Positions 12,903 to 24,355 of a stretch of 64,000 nt of DNA are shown here, in pieces. The notes under the pieces were generated by a model. It was not told the origin of the DNA and did no database searches. It saw nothing but the letters and a program-made list of their open reading frames with translations. The position numbers and the translations under genes were made by a program. Every line of letters begins with the position of its first letter. Position 1 is the stretch's first letter. Origin of the DNA: Lama glama (taxonomy: Eukaryota); assembly GCA_028534125.1 (NCBI GenBank), contig CM052817.1, positions 79,672,001 through 79,736,000 of the forward strand, written 5' to 3'.

Positions 12903-15900
12903 GAAGTTCTGGTTCAGATGATGAAATAGGAAGATCCCAAACTCTCCTCCTCCCACAGACACACCGAATGTACAGCTACATATAGAACAATTTCCTCTGA
13001 AAAAACCCACAAAACTAGCTGAGCGACGCCTACGCAATGGGCAACCAAAAAATCCCCACATCTACACAGGCAGAAGAGGCTGAGACACAATCTCGCCATA
13101 AACCCCACCCCTAGTGTGGCGGCACACAGTCAGTAAGGAACTCACAACTCCAAGCTTCTGCTCAAGGAGAAAGGGTTTGAATTCTACATCGGAGAACTTT
13201 GAAGACCTGCACCTAAGAGATGAGCCCCTAAAACATCTAGCTATGAAATCCAATAGGGCTTGCATCCACAAGACACACAAAGCCATAGTGAACTGAGAAA
13301 CAGTCCTGAAAGGGTTTGCATGGACTCACTGTGACTACATCCTAGGCCCAGCACTGAGGTAACTGACTGAAACATCCAGTCCTTCTGTAAAAGAGGACTA
13401 TTTGCTTATCTTAAAGCTTTGGGCTAAGGAGAAGGCATCTAATTTAACACACATCTAGGGGTCTACCTAAATACTCTCCAAAGATCATAGAGGCCAGCAG
13501 GCACCATCTTTGTGTCCTCCCTCTGCCTCACCCCAGGTCACAAGTACCTCCCAGAAAGGAGTTTGTGCACATGTCTGGTGCCCTAGTTTTTGTGCATACC
13601 ACCCAGAGGTCACCTCGTGATTGCCTGACTCTGGTGAACTCAGAAGGGCTTATGTTCACAGGTCCCACAAGACTGTAACAACAAAATTATTAACTGGCTA
13701 TCCACCCAGGGCACAGTGGAGAAGCAGCAGACTGTGAAAGAGCCCTATTAGTTTATCTTCATACTGTGGCCTGAGGGGCAGGTTTCTACTTAAACACACA
13801 TATAAGGGCCCACTGCAATCCTCTCCAGAGACCAGGGAGGCTAGGCTGGTGGCACTATCTTCATGTCTTCCCCCACCTCACCCCAGATCACCAGTGTCTC
13901 TCTGAGAAGCCCGTGCACATGTCTGGCACCCCAGAAGACACATCTCTTAATAGCCTGGCTCTGGTGGCTAGTGCGTGGGTTGGGTTCATGGGTTTAATGG
14001 GATGGCGGTAAACAAAGAAAAAGTTCTTAATTGGCTATCATCCCAGACTCAGTGCATCCCAGACTCAGAGGGGGCAAACAGAAAAGCCCAACACCCAGTC
14101 TCCCCCTGAAAGAGGTATATTTGCATACTTTCAAAGTTTCTACCTCAGGATTCAGCTTTCAATCAGACTAAATGTAGGTAATGACTAAAATCTTCCCTCC
14201 ATTGGGTCACTGATAGGTCTTGACACACCCTCAACTATACAGAGGCACTAAGAACAAACTAGACTACTTAGACAACCACAGAGTTTTTGAGAAGCAACCA
14301 TGAATGAGCTAGGGAAGGGCTGAACAATAACGTTCATCTCCTACATGAGGCCAATCCTTTAAGACTGGAAGAGGTGGCTGTTTTTTCTAATGCAGAGAAG
14401 TGGACTGGAGACTCAAGAAAAACGAAGAAACAAAGGAATGTGTTTCAAATGAAAGAACAAAATAAAACCTTAGAAAAAGTTCTTAATAAAAAGGAAGATA
14501 AGTGATTTATTTGAGAAACAGTACAAAATAAGTTATAAATGTTTACCAAGCTCAGAAGAATAGATTAAAAAAGTGAGAACTTCAACAAAGAGATAGAAAA
14601 TACAAGTACTAAATAAAAATCACAAAGCTGAATAATACAATAACTGAACTAAAAAATACAATAGAGGGGTTCATCAGACTAGATGAAACAGCAGAAAAAA
14701 TCAGTGTACTCGAAGACAGAGCAGTGGCACTTGCCTAATCAGGCACATGAAAGTGGACGACTATCTAACACCATATACAAAAATCAACTCAAAATGGATT
14801 AAAGACATGAACCTAATAAGACCTGAAACCATAAAACTCCTAGTAGAAAACATAGGTGGTAAGCTCCTTGACTTTGGTGTTGGTAATGTTTTTTTGAATT
14901 TGACATCCAAAGCAAAGGCAACAAAAGCAAAGATAAGCAAGCAGGACTGTATAGGGCTAAAAAAGTTTCTTCACAGGAGAGAAAACCATTAACAAAATGA
15001 AAAGGCAACTTACAGAATGGAAAAAAATATATTTTCAAATCATATATCTGATAAGGGTTTAATACCCAAAATGCACAAAGAACTCATGAAACTCAATACC
15101 AAAAAAATCAAGCAATCTGATTTTTAAAATCGTGTATACCAAAGAAGGTACAGAGATGGCCAATAGGTATATGAAAAGGTGTTCAACATCACTATCAGAG
15201 AAATGCAAATCAAAACCACAATGAGATAACCACTTCACATCTAATGGAACAGCTATTACCAAAAAGACAAGAAATAACAAATGTTGGCGAGGATGTGGAT
15301 AAAAGGGAACCCTCATACACTGTTGCAGGGAATGTAAATTTGTTCAGTGGCTATGGAAAACAATACAGAAGTTCTGCAAAAATTAAAAACAGAACTACCA
15401 TATGATCCAGCATTTCCACTACTGGTGTTTATCCTAAGGAAATGAAAACCCTAACTGGAAAAGGCATCTGCACCCCCATTTTTAGTGCAGCATTATTTAT
15501 AATAGCCAAGACATGGAACAAAATAAATGTCCATCAATGGAGGAACAGACAGAAAGATGTGGTATATATACACAACTGAATATCATTCATCCATAAAAAA
15601 GGGAAATCTTGCCATTTGCGACAACATGGATTGACTTTGAGGGCATTAGGATAAGTGAAATAAGACAGGGAAATACAAACACTATATAATTTCACTTAAA
15701 TGACGTCATAGATACAAAGAACAGATTAGGGGTTACCAGAAGCAAGAGGTAAGAATATCAAAAGGCACAAGCTTTCAGTTATAAAATAAATAAGTCCTGG
15801 GGATGTTATACACAGTATGGTGATTATAATTAATAATACTGTATTGTATATTTGCTAAGTTAGATCTTAAAAATTCTTATCACAAGAAAAAAAATTGCAA

Positions 15901-16066
15901 CTGTGTGTGGTGATGAATGTTAACTAGATTTGTTGTGGTGATCAATATGCAATACACACGTATACCAAATCACGTTTTACACCTGAAACTAATATAAAGT
16001 TATATGTCCATCATATCTCAATAAAAAAGAAGAAATTTAACTGAGAAAACATATCTAAGAAAAAAA
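12903..16066 (+). mobile_element. Internally deleted LINE-1 (5'UTR + ORF1 start fused to ORF2 end + 3'UTR + A-tail), inserted in an older L1MC/MD-like 3' end
   Basis: Degenerate TSD gaacatcacagta (12890-12902) / gaccaccacagta (16067-16079); junction near 14742; YLTPYTKINSKWIKD ORF2 peptide; AATAAA near 16020. Confidence 0.8.
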
Positions 16067-16079
16067 GACCACCACAGTA

Positions 16080-16840
16080 ATAACTGCTTCAGGCAAAACG
16101 AAAATTAGACTCCAGGGTGAAATAGGATACGTGCATAGCCTCAATTATCTCTCTCAAAGTATTTATAAATATGGTGGTTTTAACATATGTTCACAAATTC
16201 TGTGATACTCCTCTCTCCAGGAGGTTGACCTCTATTTCCCTCCCCTTGTGTGTATGTCGGACTTCCTCCTAACAAGAGTATAGAAAATGGAAAACAATAA
16301 CTTCATAGTGGAAAAACCTGACAGATACAACCTTTACCAAGTCATCAAGGTTAGCATTGCCACTAACAGTTGATATCACATACTCTTTGATATGCCACAA
16401 GATGTGCACCTGACTTCTGTAGCAGTCTTCCCAAATTATCCTTAACTCTTGTATAACCATAAGAAAACATCAGGTATATGTAAATTGAGGACCATTTCAC
16501 AAAACATCCAAAAAGGACTCTTCAAAAGTATCAAGGTCAAGAAAAATAAGGGAAGACTGAAAATTTATCATAGACCACAGAAAATTAAGGAGGCAAGACC
16601 AGTAAGTGCAATGCAGTATCCTGGACTGACTCTGCAACAGAAAGTGGACATTAGTTAAAAAACTGGTGAAATATGAATAAAGTATATAGTGTAGTTAGCA
16701 GTATTGCACCAAGGTTAATTTCTTAGTTTTGATAAATGTATTGGTGTGCAAGATGTTAACATTAGGGGGAACTAGATGGAAGAATATAGAGAAACTTTAT
16801 AATTTTTCTATAACTCTAAAATTATTTCAAAATAAAATAT
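16080..16840 (+). mobile_element. Old L1 (L1MC/MD-like) 3'UTR, continuing the fragment at about 12320-12900
   Basis: Typical old-L1 3' end (aaaactggtgaaatatgaataaag...gatgttaacattagggggaactag...aattatttcaaaataaaa). Confidence 0.65.
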
Positions 16841-17819
16841 TATACATATATGCTTTCTAAGAATAATTTTTAACCATTCCTTTTACTTTTTGAGCTTCTA
16901 TTTCTACTCAAATTTGATCCTAATTATATATTTTTGTACTTTTAAGTTTTACTCACCATTCTTAGCATACTTCTTGGCACCAAGATTTTAATTTTTAAAT
17001 TTCCTGTAAGAAAAAGATTATAAATGTTAAAGGGGGATAAAAGCTAGGCTTTTATCGTTACAATTATTAACGAGCACTGGATCAAAGCAACATAACACAT
17101 TCTGATAGTCACTAAAGAAAAATATGCTGCTTTTATTGAAAATACATTGAGTAAAGAAATAAGGCTGTTTTTTCCTCCCATTTAGCCCATGTATCCGTAG
17201 ATGGATGCCACTCCCATCAATTCTATTGCTGTTTTCTATTTCTTATTTAAAAGTGATTTAATCCTTGAGAAACTTTTACCACACACAAAAAGAATTAGAG
17301 GGGTATTTAAATTTTGTTATAACAATGTCAGTCAATTCCTTGACGTCCTTGTGGACTACATGCCAAAACTGGTTTAGTAATTTACCATTTAAAATATTTT
17401 CAGCGATCTATCAACTAACACCTCCACTAGGGCCTCCTTCAACTTTCACAAGAGTAAAGAATTGAGAACACCTATACTGGGTTTGTCACGTCTATATTAG
17501 AGCCATTAGCTCTGAACGCCCTCACCTGTTTTCATGATTGATTATTCTTTGCTTGGCTCCACCACTGAGGCTCCTGCAGGAGTCCAGGATGTTTTTTTCT
17601 GAAAACAGGAGAGACACCGTAAGGCCAAACCTTGTCCACAGGTGCAACCTTTGAGAATAATTAGGACAAAAAGAATAGAAACCACCCACACATATAGGTT
17701 CCCCTAGGACAGCCCCCCAAGCCCACTAGATAAGGAGGCCGCGTTACAGCGCTCTGTCAGGACGGAGAGGGAAAGGCAGGGTGAGAAGGAGGTGTGTGCG
17801 CAGGGCATCAGCCAGGAGA

Positions 17820-18300
17820 GTGACGAGACCCAACTGCGCGACTTTATAACCACCTTCTCCAGCACCGAAGGTAGCCAATAGGCCTGAGCACCCACGCTAC
17901 GAGACCTGCGCGGGCATCACGTGGCCCTGAACGCGCGCGACGCTCGCGTCGCACCACTTGGAGACGACGCAGGCAGTGGAGCGCGGCAGGCACGCGCTGG
18001 CGCATGCGCAGGGGTGGGAGCGCGGGCCGCAGAGACGGTTGGTGATTGGATGCGGCAGGCGCAGGCGCGTCCGACCCGCCCCTGCAGCGAGGCCGCGAGA
18101 CCGCGAGACCGCTTTTGAAAGACGCAGCGCTGGTCGCGTGGCTTTCACGCCAAGCGGTCTGAAGTGAGAGGTTGAGGCCAGCGGGGAGAAGCAACGGCGT
18201 CGTCGTCAGCGGCAGGCCGGCGAGCCCCAGGCCTGCGGCCCTGTCTGCGGCTCAGTCAGAACTACCCGCCAGCGGGGTCCGGCCAGCAGGGCAAGAAGGA
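17820..18300 (+). promoter_or_regulatory. ADAD1: CpG-island promoter and probable non-coding first exon of ADAD1
   Basis: Only CpG-dense segment in the window, 0.4-0.9 kb upstream of the ATG exon. Contains GCGCATGCGC (18000-18009), CACGTG (17918-17923), ATTGG (18045-18049) and a candidate donor GAA|gtgaga at 18164. Confidence 0.85.
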
Positions 18301-18714
18301 CAATTTTGGTGGGTGGGAGTTGGGCAGGGACTTGGGAGGCTGCCAACAGGCTGCTGCGGGTCTCATGTTTTTGTTTTCTTTTCTTTCTTTTTCCCTGACC
18401 CCCGAGTAGGTGTAAGGGCTCTTCACTACAGGTCGCTCATTCTTTTCTTCCTCTTTGTGGTAACGCTGTGGGGAGGGATTTAGGAGACAGTTCTGTAAAA
18501 AAAAATAATAATAATAATAACAAAAAAACAAAAAAAACCTGAAAGACTCCAGTCACAAAGCAGTCATGACGTCAGTTAAGACGCTTTGACTTGTGAGTGT
18601 GTATGTAAAGGCTGTTTATGGGAATGTGGTTATTTCAGGGTATTTTTAGTCTACGTAGTACCTTGGGTTTTTGTTTGTTTTCTGCCAATTTTCTTACAAT
18701 TTGTAGGTGAGAAA

Positions 18715-18886
18715 ATGTCTGGCAACAACGACTGGTTTCAGGGTTCTCGGGTCCCTAGCTTTGCTCAGATGCTGAAAAAGAACTTGCCAGTTCAGCCATC
18801 AGCCCAGACGGTATCTACACCTGCAGGATACTCCTCGGAGAGTTACAGCCTGTCGGATATGGCATCCAAGGTTACGCAAGTGACGG
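18715..18886 (+). CDS. ADAD1: ADAD1 coding exon 1 (exon begins 18707, 8 nt of 5'UTR)
   Basis: Acceptor ttgtag ends 18706; ATG 18715; [10 protein letters not shown]...ASKVTQVT-G; donor gt at 18887. Confidence 0.95.
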
Positions 18887-19646
18887 GTACAAACTCTTTT
18901 ACATTTGTCATAATGCCTGTATTCTTTATGATTCTGGGATGGCCAGTAAGTTTTATTGAGCCTCTGCTTTAAATGTTTCCTGGATATATATCCGTTTACC
19001 TGTGGCCATGTACCGACTAAAACTTGAATTTGACTCCCAACACTGGAAATCCTTCCCCTGGCTGCTCACTTAATTGTTCTTTACCACATGAGATTAAACA
19101 ATTTCCAGCGTGTCTTGCCTTTTTGAGGTGAGGCTGTGTTTTCCCCTTCAAGGAACGGAGCTGGACTTCTACTGGTTTATATTCCACATATCACTTAGCA
19201 TAGTGTTGTGTAAAGCAGAGACAAACATACTTTAAAAATCCGATTGAATTCAACGTGAAAGTTTATATAAAATAGTGAATAGGAAGCAGAAACTGGGTTC
19301 TAGCCCCAAATCTGTCTGTCTTACGTTCTAGGCCTTAGTGATGTCATGTGTAGAAATGGCTTAGAGAGCCTCTGAAGAACTTGGCCGCGCTAAAATTCTA
19401 TGATACTTTGATATCCCTTATGATACGGCAGTGAGAGCACTTTGTAATACAAACAGTCTTAATACTCCAAAAGATATATCCGGTAACAGGTTACACTTCT
19501 TTAGCAGTGGAAACTTATTTTTAATGAAAAACACATATGATTGTGTCTTGGAAAAATCTTCTGTTTTAGGGAAGAGTTTAGTGTTTTACTTGTCTTCTTC
19601 TTTTTTTAATTTAACCAAATTGACAAGCATAAATATTTATTATTAG

Positions 19647-19835
19647 GTAATTTTCCGGAACCATTGCTTTCCAAAGGCCTTTCATCTATTTCAAATCCTG
19701 TCCTTCCTCCGAAAAAAATACCTAAGGAATTTATAATGAAATACAAGCGTGGAGAGATAAATCCTGTGTCAGCCTTGCACCAGTTTGCACAAATGCAGCG
19801 GGTTCAGCTTGACCTTAAGGAAACAGTAACAACAG
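19647..19835 (+). CDS. ADAD1: ADAD1 coding exon 2 (start of dsRBM)
   Basis: Acceptor tattag; NFPEPLLSK...[28 protein letters not shown]; non-canonical donor CAG|gcaagt. Confidence 0.93.
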
Positions 19836-22280
19836 GCAAGTGCAAATTTGTATCTGGTTGTTACAGTACTGGGAAATACTTTCCTATTAAAAGCAAAGTA
19901 TATAAGTAGTACTAAATTTGGTTATTTTCCTTATTTACCTAATGTTGGAGTTAGATAACTACTAGTATGTTTTGGCAAGTATACTTAAGAAATTTTTATG
20001 TTCATACTTCTTTAGCCATTTAAGCCTCTACATTTAACTTATACAAAATTTTTACAATCACTGAATTTTTCTTTTTATACATGGCTAGTTTAATGGAAAT
20101 TTTATCAGCCTTGTAGATTTTCAGGTGTAAATAAGTACTCCTCATAGCACAAACATGCTTTTGTGTGAATATTACATATTTGGACTATGATTGTTTTATG
20201 AGTATTCTGTGATAATGATGCCTAACAAAAATTATGGTCAAATTTGGCTTCTGAAATTTAAAAATTAGAAGTGAAAATAGCACATTATTGAGTCTCTGCA
20301 AACTTTTCTGTTTTCTCCATTCTCTACTAAACTGCTCTCCCACCAGAAGAATCTGTTACCATACTGGGTCTGTGGAAGGCTGCAGGAGTACAGATTAGTA
20401 AAAGATGGGAAGAAGCTTCTGATTTTGTCACTTTATGACTAGTGATGTGGAAAAACTTTTGGAAAGTGGAGGGACAAGAGAATAAAGTGCTCTTAAGAGG
20501 CATTGACAGGCTTAAAGCATGAGAATCAAAGCACAATCTTTTAAAAAAGAATCTGTGTATGTGTATATAAGTGTGGGTACTTGTGTGTATATTTATACAC
20601 ACACAATCAGGTAGTTTTGTTTAATTTTCTCTTCCTGATACTAACTTTTGCTGGTAGGGTGTCTCAGAGTTAGTATCTTTGCAAAGAATTTAAAGCTTTC
20701 GAGATTTTTAGTAAATGTTGTCATACTGAAACAAAGTTTCTAGTCATTGTTTTGGATGAAATAACAGTAAATTAACAGGTGACAAAAATAGGGTCTTAAT
20801 ATAGAAGATGGAGTTTTTCTAGATCCTGTCACTATAGGTTGGATTACTTCATGTGATTAATACAATGGACTGAATTTCTGTATAACTAGTTTGCTTTCCT
20901 CCATTTTTCTCCACTACCCTTGGAAAATGTAAACTATTGGTCACAGTTAAAAAAAAATTTTTTAGGGCAAATCTTCATTGATCTGAATAGAAACTACTGA
21001 AAAATACAACTCAGTGATTGTTAATGGTGCTCATTTTATGTGCATAGTACTAGTTGAATAATCTAATTCAGTAGGTTTGGTAGAAAAACCAGAGAATCAG
21101 TATTTAACAAGCTCTTTAGTATGGATTTAGATGATCGTAAGGTTTGAGAACCTGACATATAAATAGAATGGAGCTTAAAGGCTCTGACACAGTACTCACT
21201 AACAAATTTGATGTGCGGTGCCTCCCACTTTAGAATCATCTGGGCCACTTGTTAAAAGTATAAAATAGTCTAAGGTTTAGTAAATTTGGTTTGGAACCCA
21301 GCTGATCATGAAGGAAGGAACTTGGAAAACAGGTCCTAAATGTTGGAAGGAAAGCAGTTTACTCTGATGCAGTCTGGAGTTGCTTGTAAAATCTTGGTGT
21401 ACATCTTAGAGGAAAACCCAGCAGTTAATGTAATGTGTGAAAAGATAAGATAATAAAATAATAATGAGGCTTATGTGGAGTAACATTGTACATAGCCATT
21501 TGTAACGTAACCAGAATGGAGACTTAAGTTTCTTAAAGACCTTCTGTAGTCTGAATACCAGCAAGTAAAACTTGAACCAGGAAATTCTTTGGCCTTTTAA
21601 TGTAAATGATTCTATTTCATCAGGCAGATAGGAAGACAAAGTAAATGCAATTAATTGTATAAAGGTAATTTTTCTGAGAATTTTGAATGACTTGACGTTC
21701 AGTTTAATTCTTTAGCATATTTTTTATTATTACTTATTTTTCGGTTTTCCTTGAGAATCCCCCTACCACTCTAAGGCTATGATGGGTAGTTGCTTACCAT
21801 GACTCCCTGATAGGAGCATAAGATTTCTTCACAGGGATTCCTTCTGTTTGGAGCTTATAACAGTACTGAGGCACTCAGAGAGTAGGAGAAATTCAACTTT
21901 ATGAATATTGAAGTTTGAAAGAAGAGAAACGTTGCTAGAGGCTCCACATTTACCTCTCATTGGTCATTTGATAGGTATTTGGATGCTTACCATTGCCAGG
22001 CACTATGCAAGACACTATTGCTCCATGCGTGACATGTACCCTGAAGCTGGCCCTACTGTTCATGCTAAATCTGGGACCAGAACAGCTACTTGAAGGATTC
22101 CTCAGAACTAGCTTAGGGGCCCACTCAACTTTGCTTTTAAACTGTATTGGCCCTATAAGAAAACTGATAGGCTGAGATAGTTTTCTACACTTGTACTGGA
22201 ATATTTTCCTATGTAACAGACATCTTTTGCAGGATCATGTTGTGAAGTATTACAGCATTCACTCTGAGTTATTTTTTAAG

Positions 22281-22448
22281 GTAATGTCATGGGACCGTAT
22301 TTTGCTTTTTGTGCTGTGGTGGATGGTATTCAATACAAGACTGGACTGGGACAAAATAAAAAGGAGTCTAGATCCAATGCAGCAAAATTAGCTCTTGATG
22401 AGCTTCTACAATTGGATGAACCTGAATCAAGAATTTCAGAAACATCAG
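22281..22448 (+). CDS. ADAD1: ADAD1 coding exon 3 (dsRBM core)
   Basis: Acceptor tttaag; [42 protein letters not shown] (dsRBM G-x-x-KK-x-x...AA-x-x-AL signature); donor gtaaat. Confidence 0.96.
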
Positions 22449-24355
22449 GTAAATATTCTTGATTATAAAGTAGAGTTTGTAAAATGTATCATTTTCCAGA
22501 AAGAGTCACCTGAAAGATTTACGTTAATGAAGGGTTACTTGTCAACTACAACAAAGAGGTAGCAGGATTTATTTGAGAAAATAATGGTTTGAGGTCACAT
22601 GGAAAATAGATTGAGGGTGTAAACTCTGGAATTAGATTGCTAAGCATTGAGTGTTGACCCTGGACAGACAAGTTATTTGCCTTCTAAACCTAAGTTTCAT
22701 CACTTGAAAAATGGAGACAAGGATAGATACCTCCTATGTCTAACATTAGGATTAAATAAATAATGCATGCAGAGCTTTTAACCAGTACCTGGTGAGGAGT
22801 AACATAATCAAACGGCAGTGGTTCTTATTAAATATTTATTAATTTGAGGAATATAGTAAACTTAGCATAGAAACAGTTTTTGTCAATATTGACTGCATGT
22901 TAGATTACATTTTGGTTAACTATAAATGAGGCAACTTAAGAAAAACATTTAACTTTGATTTAAACAGTGGCAGTAAATTCTTTTTAAATTCAAATCATCT
23001 ATTTATTTTACTGCTGGATTTGTAAAATTTGTAACCTATTTTATTATTTCTTTTGTAACGCTTTTCTTAAGGTTATTTTCTTTAAGTTCAATTCTTATTT
23101 CATATATTTTAATTTTTCTATTGTTTAGTTAAAACCATTATTTAATAGTTGAAAATGATTTATTTTGCAACATCTCATAAGTTTTGATATGTAGTCTTTT
23201 TTGTTGTTTTCAAATAGTTTGTCATACTTTTGATTTAATAAGTACTTAGGAAAGTATTTTCTTAATTTTCATATTTCTGTTCACTATCTTTGAGATTTAT
23301 TAAAATTTTTAGAGCTAGGTATGATGTTTTTGGTGTCTTAAACATGGTGGCAGTTTATTAATGGAAATTCCTTATATGTGGTTATTTTATCAGCTATTAA
23401 CCCACCTAGTTATGTCCCCAGCAATATTTTCCCAGTTTCCTTTCAACTATAACGTGCAATTGAATCAATAAATCAGTGTTTTGAGAATGTGTTGAGTTCA
23501 GAGACTATGGTAAATACCAGGAATCCAGAAACAAATAAGCCCTGTCCTCTACCTTCAGGGAACTAAAATGCTTTGTTGAAATCAAGTTAAAACTGAGCTA
23601 TAGAATTTCCCAAGCATCTGATTTAATTACCAGAAAAGGATACTTATGATTGGCTTCTCACGATAAATGCATTTTCCCTAAGGGTTTTCAAAATGTTTGT
23701 CTAGGGCTAGTAGATGTTTTGCCGTGTGAGCAATGATTTTTAGTGTCCAAACATTTATCTCTTCCCTTTGTGAAAATTAAGGTAGCATTTTCCCATTATC
23801 ACTGATGCCACTTTTATATTCACCGTCTTCTCAAAAATTGCCAGTAGTGCCTTAATTATGACTAGAAGTTGTTTAGTAAAACTTTTTTATTGGCATAAAG
23901 CCTGGAAGTAATAAGGTCATCTTTTCACTTATGACGAGCCACATTTTCTTCTTTAAAATGTTTGTCTTAGACAGCCAAGTTTAATAATTTATTTTTCTTT
24001 CTTGTGGAGAGATATGGAAGTAAGTGTTGAGTATTTATTTTTTTTCTTAGCTGTTAACCTTACATTTGTTTTTCTAGTCTCCTCCACATTCATAATGTAA
24101 AATTTTAATTTTAAAAACTTACTTAAAAATTTTTTTTAATTCTAAATTCATCAAAATTAATTTTCATGTATATCTTCTTTCACATTTTGTACATGGTGTT
24201 TTAAAAAATATAGTTTTTTTAAATTTACTATAGGAAAACTTTTTTGCCCTGATTTTTTTCAAGGGCAATATGATTAATGATGCTATGATAGGTTTTGAAA
24301 ATCTAACACTGTCTGACACAATGAATCTGGCTCTATTTCAGCACCTCTTAAAAAA

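Noticed and set aside
14735..14750. Spliced L1 as the cause of the ORF1/ORF2 junction
   Set aside because: The upstream side ends in cag, but I recall no GT donor at that ORF1 position; cannot be supported without the subfamily consensus.
15701..15708. CRE palindrome TGACGTCA about 2 kb upstream of the promoter
   Set aside because: Isolated match inside decayed L1 sequence with no supporting context.
17704..18531. Overlapping Arg/Ala/Pro-rich ORFs on both strands
   Set aside because: Expected from stop-codon scarcity in a CpG island; several start at non-ATG codons and none resembles a known protein.
18586..18972. 128-aa ORF as a single-exon gene or N-terminal extension
   Set aside because: Only 18715-18886 is ADAD1 coding; the flanks are intronic, with a clear acceptor at 18706 and donor at 18887. 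The same applies to ORF-track overhangs around other exons.
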